Below are positions 1 to 10,151 of a stretch of DNA of 64,000 bases, piece after piece. The stretch's first letter is position 1. Each line of letters begins with the position of its first letter. The notes beneath the pieces were generated by a model that saw nothing but the letters and a program-made list of their open reading frames with translations, searched no databases and had not been told where the DNA came from. Made by a program: the position numbers and the translations under genes. Source of the DNA: Patescibacteria group bacterium UBA4473 (lineage in GTDB: Bacteria; Patescibacteriota; Gracilibacteria; UBA4473); assembly GCA_002389285.1 (NCBI GenBank), contig DGOF01000041.1, forward strand, positions 22,194 through 86,193, written 5' to 3'.

Positions 1-1242
1 AAGCTCATCTTTACCATTCTGATGATGGTAGTATTTCGTCTCGCCGCCCATATAACCATCCCAGGAGCGAATCTTGAAAAAATTAGATATATTTTTGAAA
101 ACGAAACACAGGGAACATCCCCCCTTGGTATATTCTCTCTCTTGACGGGAGGCGCCATGGAAAACTTCTCGATTGTTCTTATGGGACTTACTCCCTACAT
201 CAACGCCTCCATCATTATGCAGCTTTTAGGGGTTATCATTCCCTCTATCGAAAATCTTAAAAAAGAAGGCGAAGCCGGTCAGAAAAAAATCAGTCAGTAC
301 ACACGACTCCTTACGGTCCCACTGGCTTTCGTCCAGAGTTACGGAATGATGGTCTTGATTAATCGATTTTCTCCGGGCGGCGCTATCGTAGATACGGGCG
401 ATATAGCGGTCATGCTTCCAATGATGCTAACGGTTACCGCCGGAACCATCTTCCTCATGTGGATTGGAGAACTCATCACCGAGTACGGTATGGGAAATGG
501 AATCTCTCTTTTGATCTTTGCTGGAATCGTTTCAACCGTTCCAACGCAAGTCGCCGGAGCCTTCTCCAATGCATCACCTCCAGTGATTCTTGGCCTCACG
601 GCTGCAACACTCGCCCTAACAACCTTCATCGTCTACGTATCTGAAGGAGACCGGAAAGTTCCCGTTATCTACGCTTCTCGTCGATCTAAAGTCCAACAAA
701 AATCATTCCTCCCTCTCAAAGTAAATCAGGCAGGTATGATCCCCATCATCTTCGCCATCTCTGTGGTTTCCATGCCTTCTGTCGTGGCAACATTCTTCGC
801 TGAATCTCCAAAAGAAATGCTCCGACTCGGAGCGGAATGGGTCAGTGCAAACTTCAACCCAGGAACTCCGACCCTTTGGTACAATGTGGTCTACAGTCTT
901 CTTATCTTTGCCTTTACATACTTCTACATTTCCATCGTCTTTGAACCAAAGAAGATTGCTGAAAACATCCAAAACCGTGGCGGATTCATTCCTGGATACC
1001 GACCCGGCCAAGAAACGAAAAAATTTCTTGAAACCACGATTAGCCGCCTCACCTTCTGGGGAGGTCTCTTTCTCGCCTTTGTCGCAGTGGCACCTCTCTT
1101 TTTCGAACGTTGGATTAGCGACAGCAGATCCGTGACACTGTTCATCTCAGGCGCCAGTATGATCATCGTCGTCTCGGTAGTACTGGACATGATCCGTCGT
1201 ATTAATGCACAATTGGTGATGCATGATTATGACAAGCTCTAA
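1..1242 (+). CDS. secY: Preprotein translocase subunit SecY (N-terminus runs off the window)
   Basis: The frame is open back to nt 1. The product is polytopic, with SecY-like stretches GLTPYINASIIMQLL, GISLLIFAGI and NIQNRGGFIPGYRPG. Confidence 0.9.
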   Translation, partial: KLIFTILMMVVFRLAAHITIPGANLEKIRYIFENETQGTSPLGIFSLLTGGAMENFSIVLMGLTPYINASIIMQLLGVIIPSIENLKKEGEAGQKKISQYTRLLTVPLAFVQSYGMMVLINRFSPGGAIVDTGDIAVMLPMMLTVTAGTIFLMWIGELITEYGMGNGISLLIFAGIVSTVPTQVAGAFSNASPPVILGLTAATLALTTFIVYVSEGDRKVPVIYASRRSKVQQKSFLPLKVNQAGMIPIIFAISVVSMPSVVATFFAESPKEMLRLGAEWVSANFNPGTPTLWYNVVYSLLIFAFTYFYISIVFEPKKIAENIQNRGGFIPGYRPGQETKKFLETTISRLTFWGGLFLAFVAVAPLFFERWISDSRSVTLFISGASMIIVVSVVLDMIRRINAQLVMHDYDKL

Positions 1243-2296
1243 AGAATCACTCCAAGCCTGGCTCCAACACAATAATCACAAAGCCTTTTGGGTCACGAAG
1301 CCCGAGAATGTTTTCTGGCTCACTGGATTTTCCGGCAGCTTCGGAGCCGTTCTTGTGCCAAAAAAAGGCCCCCTCACGCTTATTTCCGACAGTCGCTACA
1401 AAGAAGTCGCTGAGAAATTATGCGTCCAGCAGAACCTAAATTTTCAGCTTTTTGATGAACATTTAAAAATTTCACAAAAAGATTTAGCCAGTGAATCTTC
1501 GCTCACAATATCTGAACTCAAATTTTGGCGTAAAAAACTAAAGGCCAAACTATCGCCTCAAAAAAATATTCTTGAGCAATTAAGACGCGTCAAAACATCT
1601 CAAGAAATAAAAATAATACAATCAGCCCAGGCGCATGTAGATCAAATACTGCCTGAATTTGTAAAAAAAGTTTTACAAAAAGGCGTCACAGAGGCAGAAG
1701 CGGCCTTTAAACTTGAAATAGACCTGCGAGATAACGGCCTATACGGCCTGAGTTTCGATCCGATCGTTGCTTTTGGTAAGAACTCAGCGCTCCCCCATCA
1801 TCATCCCAATAACACCAAATTAAAAGACAATACCAATATATTAATAGACTGCGGCATTAAGTCCCAAGGCTACTGCACAGACATGACACGCAACTTCGCC
1901 TATGGCAAATTATCAGCCGAATACCAAAACAAATATGATTTATTACTCAAAGCCCAAGAAGAAACCTTAAAACAAGTAAAATCTGGTGTCTCTCCTAAAA
2001 AATTAGATCTTTTTTGCCGTGATAAATTAGGCGATCAGGCTAAGTTTTTCACCCACTCTCTCGGCCACGGCGTTGGCTTAGAAATTCACGAAACACCCGG
2101 CCTAAGCAGCAAATACAAAGCCCAAAGCGGCTTCCCCTCAAAACTCCAAACAAACGAAATCATCACCATCGAACCAGGTCTCTACTTCCCCGGAAAATTC
2201 GGCATCCGGATTGAAGATTTAGTGGTGGTAAAAGAAGAGGGGGGTGAAGTGTTGTCAAAGATGAAGAAACCCCTGTCTCCTCTCATTTGCAAATAA
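1223..2296 (+). CDS. M24B-family Xaa-Pro aminopeptidase (creatinase-like N-domain plus pita-bread catalytic domain)
   Basis: Contains HSLGHGVGLEIHETPGL and EPGLYFPGKFGIRIEDLVVV metal-ligand motifs. At 357 aa with an N-terminal domain it is not a MetAP. Overlaps secY by 20 nt. Confidence 0.8.
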   Translation: MIMTSSKESLQAWLQHNNHKAFWVTKPENVFWLTGFSGSFGAVLVPKKGPLTLISDSRYKEVAEKLCVQQNLNFQLFDEHLKISQKDLASESSLTISELKFWRKKLKAKLSPQKNILEQLRRVKTSQEIKIIQSAQAHVDQILPEFVKKVLQKGVTEAEAAFKLEIDLRDNGLYGLSFDPIVAFGKNSALPHHHPNNTKLKDNTNILIDCGIKSQGYCTDMTRNFAYGKLSAEYQNKYDLLLKAQEETLKQVKSGVSPKKLDLFCRDKLGDQAKFFTHSLGHGVGLEIHETPGLSSKYKAQSGFPSKLQTNEIITIEPGLYFPGKFGIRIEDLVVVKEEGGEVLSKMKKPLSPLICK

Positions 2297-2310
2297 GCAG
2301 CTCCTTCAAC

Positions 2311-2329
2311 ATTAAATCTAGATTAAATC
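2311..2329 (+). promoter_or_regulatory. Phased direct-repeat box ATTAAATC-TAG-ATTAAATC, about 125 nt upstream of dprA
   Basis: Perfect 9-nt repeat ATTAAATCT at 2311-2319 and 2322-2330, an 11-bp phase. It has the same architecture as the boxes at 22976, 25621 and 26627. Confidence 0.3.
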
Positions 2330-2455
2330 TTTGAGGATTTTTAAAAGTACCGTTATTTTGTCTGAACCTAGATTCTTTGGATTGAAAAGATTTCTTGAAG
2401 ATTTCCATCAAGGTTCATCTTTTAATCAAGCAAATCCGGATTCAGACAAAAAATC

Positions 2456-3499
2456 ATGCATAAATACCTCCTCGCCACCCACCGTGCCATAAACCTCACC
2501 CCCAAGCGTTTTGAGATCCTCAAAAAAGGCTATCAAAATGATTGGAAAAAAGTCTGGCGACAGGTATATGCGAAGAAAAAAGAAAATATAAATCCGGATA
2601 AAATTTTGCAAGACTTAGAAGATCTAAATATTAAAACTTATATTCTCGGCGAACCAGACTATCCACTAAGCTTAGCCAATATAAAATCTCCGCCGGTCGT
2701 ATTATTTTGCCGAGGCGAAATACAAGCTTCTGATTTCCCGAGCATCTCGGTCGTCGGATCACGCAAAATATCAAACTATGGCAAACGTGCCTTAGAAGAT
2801 ATCGTCTCTGAAATAGCCCGGAGTAATATTACTATTATCTCTGGAATTGCCTTAGGCGCGGATACACTGGCGCACAAAATAGCCATAGAAAATAACACCA
2901 AAACGATGGCCGTCCTCGGCAACGGCATTGATCATATTTATCCTAAATTCAATGAAAAATGGGCCGAAAAAGCTTTCTCCGAAGGCCGACTCACACTGCT
3001 GTCAGAGCACTGGCCCGGAGTAAAAGCCCGGGCAGAATTTTTTCCTATGCGAAATAGAATTGTCACCGGCCTCTCGATCGCCACACTCATCATCGAAGCC
3101 GCGGAGAAATCAGGAAGCCTGATCTCAGCAGGGATGGCACTAGACCAAAACCGAGACCTATTTGCCGTCCCGGGCGAGATTTTTTCACCCCAATCAGCCG
3201 GAACCAATCGACTTCTAGCGGAAACCAAAGCCCAAGCCGCGATCTCTGGATCACAGATTTTAGAAATGCTGGGCCTTCAGAAAAACCACTCCCAACAAAA
3301 AGCGCTCAAACAAGAACTCCCAACCACCGGAGTTGAAGCCGAACTACTCCAATTGTTTAAAAACGAGAATAGCCTTCACGTCAACGAAATCATCCGTAGA
3401 GCGCCTTTTGAGTCTCATGTCACCTCTGCCACGCTCTCACTCATGGAAATCAAAGGCTGGGTCAAAAACATAGGCCATCAAGAATACGCTCAAAACTAG
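2456..3499 (+). CDS. dprA: DNA-processing protein DprA/Smf
   Basis: Rossmann-like core: ISVVGSRKIS, GIALGADTLAHKIAI, MAVLGNGIDHIYP, FFPMRNRIVTGLS, SGSLISAG. A C-terminal winged-helix-like tail follows. Confidence 0.85.
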   Translation: MHKYLLATHRAINLTPKRFEILKKGYQNDWKKVWRQVYAKKKENINPDKILQDLEDLNIKTYILGEPDYPLSLANIKSPPVVLFCRGEIQASDFPSISVVGSRKISNYGKRALEDIVSEIARSNITIISGIALGADTLAHKIAIENNTKTMAVLGNGIDHIYPKFNEKWAEKAFSEGRLTLLSEHWPGVKARAEFFPMRNRIVTGLSIATLIIEAAEKSGSLISAGMALDQNRDLFAVPGEIFSPQSAGTNRLLAETKAQAAISGSQILEMLGLQKNHSQQKALKQELPTTGVEAELLQLFKNENSLHVNEIIRRAPFESHVTSATLSLMEIKGWVKNIGHQEYAQN

Positions 3500-3534
3500 A
3501 CACAAAGCCCTTTTTCCCTACAATCTTCGCGACT

Positions 3535-5340
3535 ATGAGCAATATCCGAAACTTTTGTATTATCGCCCACATCGACCATGGGAAATCCACCCTGGCCGAT
3601 CGACTCCTAGAGATCACGGGCACGGTGCAAAAACGCGATATGAAAAAACAGCTCCTCGATACGATGGATCTGGAGCAAGAACGAGGGATTACGATTAAGC
3701 TTCAACCCGTGCGTATGAACTGGAATGGCGTCCAGCTCAATCTGATCGACACGCCTGGCCATGTAGATTTTTCCTACGAAGTCTCACGAAGTCTCGCTGC
3801 CTGTGAGGGAGCGATACTTGTGGTTGATGCCAGTCAGGGGATTCAGGCTCAAACACTCGCCAATGTCTATTTAGCATTAGAACACGGCCTGAAGATTATT
3901 CCGGTCTTAAACAAAATTGATTTGCCAGCAGCAGAGCCTTTGCGACGCGCCCAAGAAATTGAAAAATTACTGGGATTCTCTGTCGGAGATATTTTGCACG
4001 TCTCGGCGAAAGACGGGACCGGAGTCGAAGAACTTCTCGACGAACTCGTCAAAGAAGTCCCCACACCGGACCACAATGAAATCTTCACCATTCAACCCGA
4101 AGCTTTTGAGCATGCGGGAGAAACCAAGGCGCTTATTTTCGATTCAACCTTTGATCCCTACCGAGGCGTCGTCTCGAGTGTTCGAGTCTTTTCAGGAGAA
4201 ATAAAAAAAGGCGACAAACTTCAACTGCTACGCGCCGGACGCAAAATCGAAGCCCTAGAAGTAGGATCCCTCGATCCGCAATATAATGCGCTCCCCATCC
4301 TCAAAACCGGAGAAGTAGGATACATCGTCACCGGACTCAAGAATGTAATCGATGCCAAGGTTGGAGACACGCTCTGGCAGGGGAAAAGCGAAAAGCCCCT
4401 TTCTCTCACCGGATACAAAGAAGTTACCCCCTTTGTTTTTGCCGGGATCTATCCGATTCAAGCCGATGATTTTTCCAATCTTCGAACCGCCATCGAAAAA
4501 CTTTCCCTCAATGACGCTTCTCTTCGGTATGAACCCGAAAACTCCGTCGCGCTGGGTCATGGATTTCGCTGTGGATTTTTAGGGCTCTTGCATCTCGACA
4601 TCGTCCAAGAACGACTCGAGCGAGAATTTGATCTCGATGTTCTGATCACAACCCCTTCGGTCTCCTATGAAGTACTCCTTACAAAAGGCGAAATACTTCA
4701 CCTCTCCAATCCCGGAGAACTTCCCGAAGCCGGAACCTACGAAGAAATTCGTGAACCCTGGATGAAAATTGTCATTCTCGTACCTTCTGACTATATCGGA
4801 GGCGTTATGGAGCTCTGCACCTCTCGCCGAGGAATTTCTACCAATCTGCAGTACACAGATGAAAAACGCGTTGAGATTTTCTTCGAGATCCCCCTCGCCT
4901 CAATCATCACAGACTTCTATGACGACCTGAAGTCGATTACCGCTGGATATGCCTCCATGAGCTACGAACCCCTTGAACTTCGGCCGGGAGCCCTCTCGCG
5001 ACTGGATATACTGGTAACAGGAGACAAGGTAGATGCTCTTTCTCAGATAGTTCACAAAGATGACGCCTACCACGTAGGAATTTCTTGGTGCAAGAAACTC
5101 AAAGAAATCATCCCTAAGGCTCAATTTGCAATTGCCATTCAAGCCGCCATCGGATCAAGAATTTTGGCACGAGAAACTATTTCCGCCCTCCGCAAAGACG
5201 TAACCGCGAAGCTTTATGGCGGAGATGTCACGCGAAAAAACAAACTCCTGAAAAAACAGAAAAAAGGAAAAGCCCGACTAAAAAAATTCGGAAAAGTCTC
5301 TATTCCTCAAGATGCCTTCTTCGCTATGATGAAGAAGTAA
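3535..5340 (+). CDS. lepA: Translation elongation factor 4 (LepA)
   Basis: GTPase motifs AHIDHGKST, DTPGHVDF and NKID. The LepA-specific C-terminal region (YGGDVTRKNKLLKKQKKGK) is present. 601 aa. Confidence 0.95.
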   Translation: MSNIRNFCIIAHIDHGKSTLADRLLEITGTVQKRDMKKQLLDTMDLEQERGITIKLQPVRMNWNGVQLNLIDTPGHVDFSYEVSRSLAACEGAILVVDASQGIQAQTLANVYLALEHGLKIIPVLNKIDLPAAEPLRRAQEIEKLLGFSVGDILHVSAKDGTGVEELLDELVKEVPTPDHNEIFTIQPEAFEHAGETKALIFDSTFDPYRGVVSSVRVFSGEIKKGDKLQLLRAGRKIEALEVGSLDPQYNALPILKTGEVGYIVTGLKNVIDAKVGDTLWQGKSEKPLSLTGYKEVTPFVFAGIYPIQADDFSNLRTAIEKLSLNDASLRYEPENSVALGHGFRCGFLGLLHLDIVQERLEREFDLDVLITTPSVSYEVLLTKGEILHLSNPGELPEAGTYEEIREPWMKIVILVPSDYIGGVMELCTSRRGISTNLQYTDEKRVEIFFEIPLASIITDFYDDLKSITAGYASMSYEPLELRPGALSRLDILVTGDKVDALSQIVHKDDAYHVGISWCKKLKEIIPKAQFAIAIQAAIGSRILARETISALRKDVTAKLYGGDVTRKNKLLKKQKKGKARLKKFGKVSIPQDAFFAMMKK

Positions 5341-5350
5341 TCAGTCTTTT

Positions 5351-5746
5351 TTAGTTTCCTCTAAATCGCCACCACCATTTTTTCCATACCGGAACACCAA
5401 TCGCTTCTACCGGAGCCGGGCGAAGACGCTGATTTGTATTGGGAATAATATCTAGTTTCTCTTCAATGAAAACCATCACCCGTTCGCCTGGTTTTTTACG
5501 TCCCATCTGAATCTTCGCTTCTTTGTCTACGCGCTGAGGCGTCAGTAAATATTCTGCCTCACGCTTCTTAAGATTAATACGATCTTCAATGGCCTCATTC
5601 TGATCAACAATCGCATCTAACTCATTCTGAATCTGCTGATTTTCATAGAGCGCATTTACAAGCGAATACAAAAGCCAAAACAACACCACAAAAATAGTGA
5701 CCAACAAAACCACATTTTTGGAAGAGTGAGATGAATCGTTTCGCAT
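5351..5746 (-). CDS. FtsB/DivIC-like septum-formation initiator (single TM plus coiled coil)
   Basis: The internal ATG at 5746 avoids overlap with pth. Has one TM (VVLLVTIFVVLFWLLYSLV), a heptad-like QNELDAIVDQNEAIEDRINLKK stretch, and a YLLTPQRVDKEAKIQMG tail. Confidence 0.5.
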   Translation of the reverse strand: MRNDSSHSSKNVVLLVTIFVVLFWLLYSLVNALYENQQIQNELDAIVDQNEAIEDRINLKKREAEYLLTPQRVDKEAKIQMGRKKPGERVMVFIEEKLDIIPNTNQRLRPAPVEAIGVPVWKKWWWRFRGN

Positions 5747-5797
5747 AAAAAAGAAGAAAGCTTGGGAAAAATACCAAATCTCACTACAATTGGAAAG

Positions 5798-6337
5798 ATG
5801 AAACTTCTTGTAGGATTGGGCAATTATCCGGATGAATACACTGAGAATCGACATAATGTCGGATTTTTGTTTTTAGATTTTTTAGTAAAAAAATTCGATC
5901 TCGAACCTTTTAAGTCTGAAAAGAAATTTTTTGGACAGGTAAGCACGGGAATTATTCAAAACGAAAAAGTCATTCTTATCAAGCCAGAAACCTATATGAA
6001 CCTTTCTGGGAAAGCCGTTGCAGCCATCACTAATTTTTACAAACTCTCGCTCGAAGACATGGTCTTGTTTTATGATGATATTGATCTGGATTTTGGAATT
6101 ATACGATTACGAGAAAAAGGACGATCAGGCGGTCATAAAGGCGTTCAATCCTTAATTGAAAACCTCGGGAGTCAAGATATCATCCGCATAAAATTCGGTA
6201 TTGCAAACGAAGATCGAGAACGCATTCCTACCGAGAAATTTGTCCTTCAAAACTTTCGTACAACAGAAAAAGAAGCCCTCCCAAAACTCTTCGCAGACGC
6301 CTCTGAAAAACTACTGGCCCATCTCGGTGAATGCTAA
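5798..6337 (+). CDS. pth: Peptidyl-tRNA hydrolase
   Basis: MKLLVGLGNYPDEYTENRHNVGF N-terminus, LIKPETYMNLSG, and GGHKGVQS. Confidence 0.9.
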   Translation: MKLLVGLGNYPDEYTENRHNVGFLFLDFLVKKFDLEPFKSEKKFFGQVSTGIIQNEKVILIKPETYMNLSGKAVAAITNFYKLSLEDMVLFYDDIDLDFGIIRLREKGRSGGHKGVQSLIENLGSQDIIRIKFGIANEDRERIPTEKFVLQNFRTTEKEALPKLFADASEKLLAHLGEC

Positions 6338-6870
6338 CCAACTACCGCTCCGTCTACAAATCATGGGTCTTTTCCCAGCAGAACGAGAAACATCATCCTG
6401 TGGGTCGTATTGTAGATTTTGTAATCAATCCCGATAACGGACACTTTGAAGCGATTTGGATTGAAAGCCAACACGGCCTTCGCCTTCTCGCGCCCCAAGA
6501 CATTCTTCGGTGGGACGAAAGTGAGCTTATTATTCATGCCGAAAGAGACCTCGCCAACCCCAAAGGATTCCCCCGACTCAAACCGATTCTTGCCCGAGAA
6601 GTACCGCTCCTGGGTGCCAAAGTTTTTTCTGGAGAAAAGTTTATAGGCCGTGTCAAAGATTTTGCTTTTGATACGATTTCTCCCAAACTTTTAAGCCTTC
6701 TCGTGGGACCCCGATGGTGGTTTTTGGGAACCAAACAGGTCATCCCACGGAAACGTATCCAAAAAATAAAATCCCAAGGCATTTGGATTTCTGAAAACGT
6801 CATCCCCATTTCAAAGAAAAAAGAAACCCCTATCCCCCTCGAAAACCCTATCCCAAAGGTTGATAGTTAA
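6331..6870 (+). CDS. Tandem PRC-barrel-like domain protein
   Basis: Two segments resemble PRC-barrel strands: PVGRIVDFVINPDNGHFEAIWIE and LLGAKVFSGEKFIGRVKDFAFDT. Overlaps the pth stop by 7 nt. Confidence 0.4.
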   Translation: MLTNYRSVYKSWVFSQQNEKHHPVGRIVDFVINPDNGHFEAIWIESQHGLRLLAPQDILRWDESELIIHAERDLANPKGFPRLKPILAREVPLLGAKVFSGEKFIGRVKDFAFDTISPKLLSLLVGPRWWFLGTKQVIPRKRIQKIKSQGIWISENVIPISKKKETPIPLENPIPKVDS

Positions 6871-6895
6871 AATAAACAATTTATTATCCTTCTAC

Positions 6896-7813
6896 ATGAT
6901 TTCATTCAATCACTTCCTCCGAGAAAAAGGTGTCTCTAATGAGCTTCGATCCCTGCTCTATCATATTTCTCGATCGGTGAAATATATTAACTTTTCACTA
7001 CGAGCTGGAAATACGGGGAAAAATCAAAGTCAAAATGCCTCCGGAGAAGATCAGCTCAAGCTCGATGTCATGGCCGATAGTATTATCATGGATGAATTGA
7101 AAAAATCAGAACTCGCCGCACTGGTTATTAGTGAAGAACAAGACAAAGCACTCAACTTCCCCGCTCCACGCGGAACCTTCAGCGTGAGCTATGACCCACT
7201 TGATGGCAGCTCTCTCGTCGATGCCAATCTCGCTATCGGCTCTATTTTTGGAATCTGGGAAGGAGACCAATTAATGGGCACCACCGGCCGCAAAAAAATG
7301 ATCGCTTCTTGTTACGCCGTCTACGGACCGCGCGTTATTTTTGTTATTGCCGTAAAAGGAAAAGGAGCGCATCAATTTGAACTCAATGATGTTGGGGAAT
7401 TCATTCTGGTCGAAGAAACCCTTCACATCGAACCCGATAGCAAATATTTTTCTCCGGGAAATCTCCGTGCCACCGCCGGCAACGAAAAATATCTTGCCCT
7501 CGTCCAAAGCTGGATCGCAGAAAAACGAACCCTTCGATACTCAGGCGGAATGGTGCCGGACATTCATCATATTTTATCCAAATCAGAAGGTATTTTTAGT
7601 TATCCTCGAGACCAAAAACATGAACACGGAAAATTGCGATTACTCTTTGAATGCGCCCCTTTTTCTCTCGTCGCCGAAGAAGCGGGTGGCACCAGTCTCG
7701 ACCAAGAAGGAACCCCTGTTTTGGACATAGAAATAACCGATCCGCATCAACGAACACCCATCTTTATCGGCTCAAAAAACGATGTCGAAAAGTCCATTGC
7801 GACGCTGCAATAA
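6896..7813 (+). CDS. fbp: Fructose-1,6-bisphosphatase, class I
   Basis: GEDQLKLDVMAD, SEEQD, YDPLDGSS, YAVYGPR and LRYSGGMVPD motifs. Confidence 0.85.
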   Translation: MISFNHFLREKGVSNELRSLLYHISRSVKYINFSLRAGNTGKNQSQNASGEDQLKLDVMADSIIMDELKKSELAALVISEEQDKALNFPAPRGTFSVSYDPLDGSSLVDANLAIGSIFGIWEGDQLMGTTGRKKMIASCYAVYGPRVIFVIAVKGKGAHQFELNDVGEFILVEETLHIEPDSKYFSPGNLRATAGNEKYLALVQSWIAEKRTLRYSGGMVPDIHHILSKSEGIFSYPRDQKHEHGKLRLLFECAPFSLVAEEAGGTSLDQEGTPVLDIEITDPHQRTPIFIGSKNDVEKSIATLQ

Positions 7814-7814
7814 A

Positions 7815-8735
7815 ATGAATCTCTCCACCGCCATCGATCGGTACCTCAAAAACCTTCGTAACATCAAAAATGCGTCGCCCTACACCCTGCGCAATTATTC
7901 AAAAAGCCTTAATTTACTCGTAGAATCTCTGGGGGAAGAGGCGGACATCCAAGACATTACGATCGATACGATTGATCAGATCCGCGATCTTATTTTTGAA
8001 AAAAAGACCCGCGATGGATCTCCGATTGCTCGCAGTACACAAAATATCTACTTAATCCCAATTCGCGCTTTTTTGAAATTTTGCCTCCAGAGAGATTTAG
8101 CACAAAATATTCTGGCCCCCGAAAAGATAGAACTTCTCAAAACAGATCCCCGTGATGTTTCAGGGCTTCGCGACGAAGAACTCGAAAGACTCCGAAGCCT
8201 TGAAGGCAACAAAAATAGAACCATAGAAACCCGCGACCGAGCTATGATTGAAATGCTTTTTTCAACCGGAATCCGTATATCAGAGCTCTGTAATCTCAAC
8301 TGTGAACAGGTCAATCTCAAGACAAAAGAATTCACGGTCTTGGGAAAAGGAAAAAAAATTCGAACGGTTTTTATGACCGATCGTGCCGCGAATCTTCTGA
8401 AAGAATATTTGGCACAGCGAGATGATAATTTTCAGCCGCTTTTTATAAATGCCCGCACGAGAAAAGATGAGTTTGAAACCAAAGGCGAATCCCGCAGGCT
8501 CTCACGAACCAGTGTTGAAATTATGGTCCGAAACAGAGGCCGAAGAGCCGGCATCACAAAACCCGTAACACCACACGTCTTACGCCACACGTTTGCCACC
8601 ACCTTACTTCGAAATGGCGCTGACCTGCGATCAGTACAAGAGTTGCTCGGCCATGCTAGTATTTCTACAACTCAGATTTACACGCACGTTGCGAATGCGG
8701 ATCTAAAGCGGGTGCACCAACAGTATCTGGACTAA
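7815..8735 (+). CDS. xerC: Tyrosine site-specific recombinase, XerC/XerD family
   Basis: R..H.LRH..A...L..G.D motif: HVLRHTFATTLLRNGADLRSVQELLGHASISTTQIYTHV, including the catalytic Tyr. N-terminal SAM-like domain. Confidence 0.85.
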   Translation: MNLSTAIDRYLKNLRNIKNASPYTLRNYSKSLNLLVESLGEEADIQDITIDTIDQIRDLIFEKKTRDGSPIARSTQNIYLIPIRAFLKFCLQRDLAQNILAPEKIELLKTDPRDVSGLRDEELERLRSLEGNKNRTIETRDRAMIEMLFSTGIRISELCNLNCEQVNLKTKEFTVLGKGKKIRTVFMTDRAANLLKEYLAQRDDNFQPLFINARTRKDEFETKGESRRLSRTSVEIMVRNRGRRAGITKPVTPHVLRHTFATTLLRNGADLRSVQELLGHASISTTQIYTHVANADLKRVHQQYLD

Positions 8736-10035
8736 TTCCGCAGTGCTGACGCTCCGGCAGCACTTCTTCTACGCGTGTAATTTTGGCCCCCAATGCGGTA
8801 AGATTTTTTGCAAAATGCTCATACCCTCGATCGATATAATCAATATTCGTCACCTTGGTCTGACCTTCTGCAATAAGTCCGGCTAATACCATGGCGGCAC
8901 CGGCTCGCAAATCCCAACTCTGAACTTCCGTTCCGACAAAATTCGTTTTTCCAAAAACTTTTGCCTGATGGACATTCAGAAATTCAACTTTCGCCCCCAT
9001 CTTTTCCAGTTCACTCAGGTACGTAAATCGTCCTTCATAGAGCGTTTCAAAAATCATGGATTCGCCTTCACACTGAGTCAATAAAAGACCAAACAAACTC
9101 TGTAAATCACTCGAAAAACCCGGAAAAATTGCCGTCTGTATTTTTCGAATCGCTTTCAGGTTCGGACTTTTACGAACATGGAGCGTATTCGGTTTCATAT
9201 CAAATTGTGCGCCCGTTTGCTTCAACACTCCATAAAAAGACAACAATTCATTGTGATCTACATTGTGAATTTTTATGTCGCCTTCTGTCAGTAACGCCGC
9301 AATAGAATACGTTCCCACAAGAATCCCATCGGGAGGAATCGTAAACCCTCCTCCCTGCAATTTCTTACTGCCTGATATTTTCAAATGATGCGTTCCAATA
9401 CCCTGAATTTCAGCGCCCATCGTCTGTAGCATTTTAAGTGTGGCACAAACATGCGGCTCCGCCGCCGTAAAGAAAAGCTCTGCCGCATTACCACTCCCCG
9501 CAATAAAAAGACTTAAATTTTCGGTCCCCGTAACCGAAGCTTCCGTCAAAAGCAGTCGATCCGTTGCAAAATCTTTTTGATCATATTTCAAATGAATAGT
9601 CTCTCCCTCTGAAACTATTTCAGCTCCAAGTGTTTCCATTCCTTTGGTATGAATATCACAACTTCGAGCCCCAATAATATCTCCGCCCGGTGCAAACAGC
9701 TCACATTCTCCAAACCGAGCCAACAACGGCCCCAGCATGAGAATAGAAGCTCTAAATTTTTTCACATCTTCACAGCTTTTTAATTTTGAAGGATCAATGT
9801 TTTTGGCCTGAATTTTGACCATTTTTTGCTCTTTATCCCAACTTGTTTGAGCCCCTAAATAATCAAAAATTCCTAACAAAACACCAATGTCAGAAATTTC
9901 TGGAACATTGTGAAAGGTGCATGTTTCTTCCGTCAAAAGCGCCGCACACATCATCGGCAAAGCCGCATTTTTTGCGCCAGGAATCCTAATCTCCCCCGAG
10001 AGCCGAGCACCACCTTCAACCAAAAAGTAATCCAT
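8665..10035 (-). CDS. murA: UDP-N-acetylglucosamine 1-carboxyvinyltransferase
   Basis: MDYFLVEGGARLSGEIRIPGAKNAALPMM N-terminus and two-lobed EPSP-synthase-like repeats. Carries a roughly 35-aa C-terminal extension encoded antisense to the xerC 3' end. Confidence 0.9.
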   Translation of the reverse strand: MDYFLVEGGARLSGEIRIPGAKNAALPMMCAALLTEETCTFHNVPEISDIGVLLGIFDYLGAQTSWDKEQKMVKIQAKNIDPSKLKSCEDVKKFRASILMLGPLLARFGECELFAPGGDIIGARSCDIHTKGMETLGAEIVSEGETIHLKYDQKDFATDRLLLTEASVTGTENLSLFIAGSGNAAELFFTAAEPHVCATLKMLQTMGAEIQGIGTHHLKISGSKKLQGGGFTIPPDGILVGTYSIAALLTEGDIKIHNVDHNELLSFYGVLKQTGAQFDMKPNTLHVRKSPNLKAIRKIQTAIFPGFSSDLQSLFGLLLTQCEGESMIFETLYEGRFTYLSELEKMGAKVEFLNVHQAKVFGKTNFVGTEVQSWDLRAGAAMVLAGLIAEGQTKVTNIDYIDRGYEHFAKNLTALGAKITRVEEVLPERQHCGISPDTVGAPALDPHSQRACKSEL

Positions 10036-10151
10036 AGTAGCGCCATTATGCGGATTCCGCGATTTCAATCAAATCTTTTTAAGAAGTCCAAAATCGCACG
10101 AACTCCTAGTTGCATTTTTCACCAATTTTGGTAAAAAATAAAGTTACCCTC

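Noticed and set aside
1223-2296. M24 peptidase right after secY as a replacement for the usual adk-map genes
   Set aside because: It is a prolidase-type (M24B) enzyme with a creatinase-like N-domain, not MetAP. This most likely reflects a rearranged spc-operon end, and there is no evidence for functional replacement.
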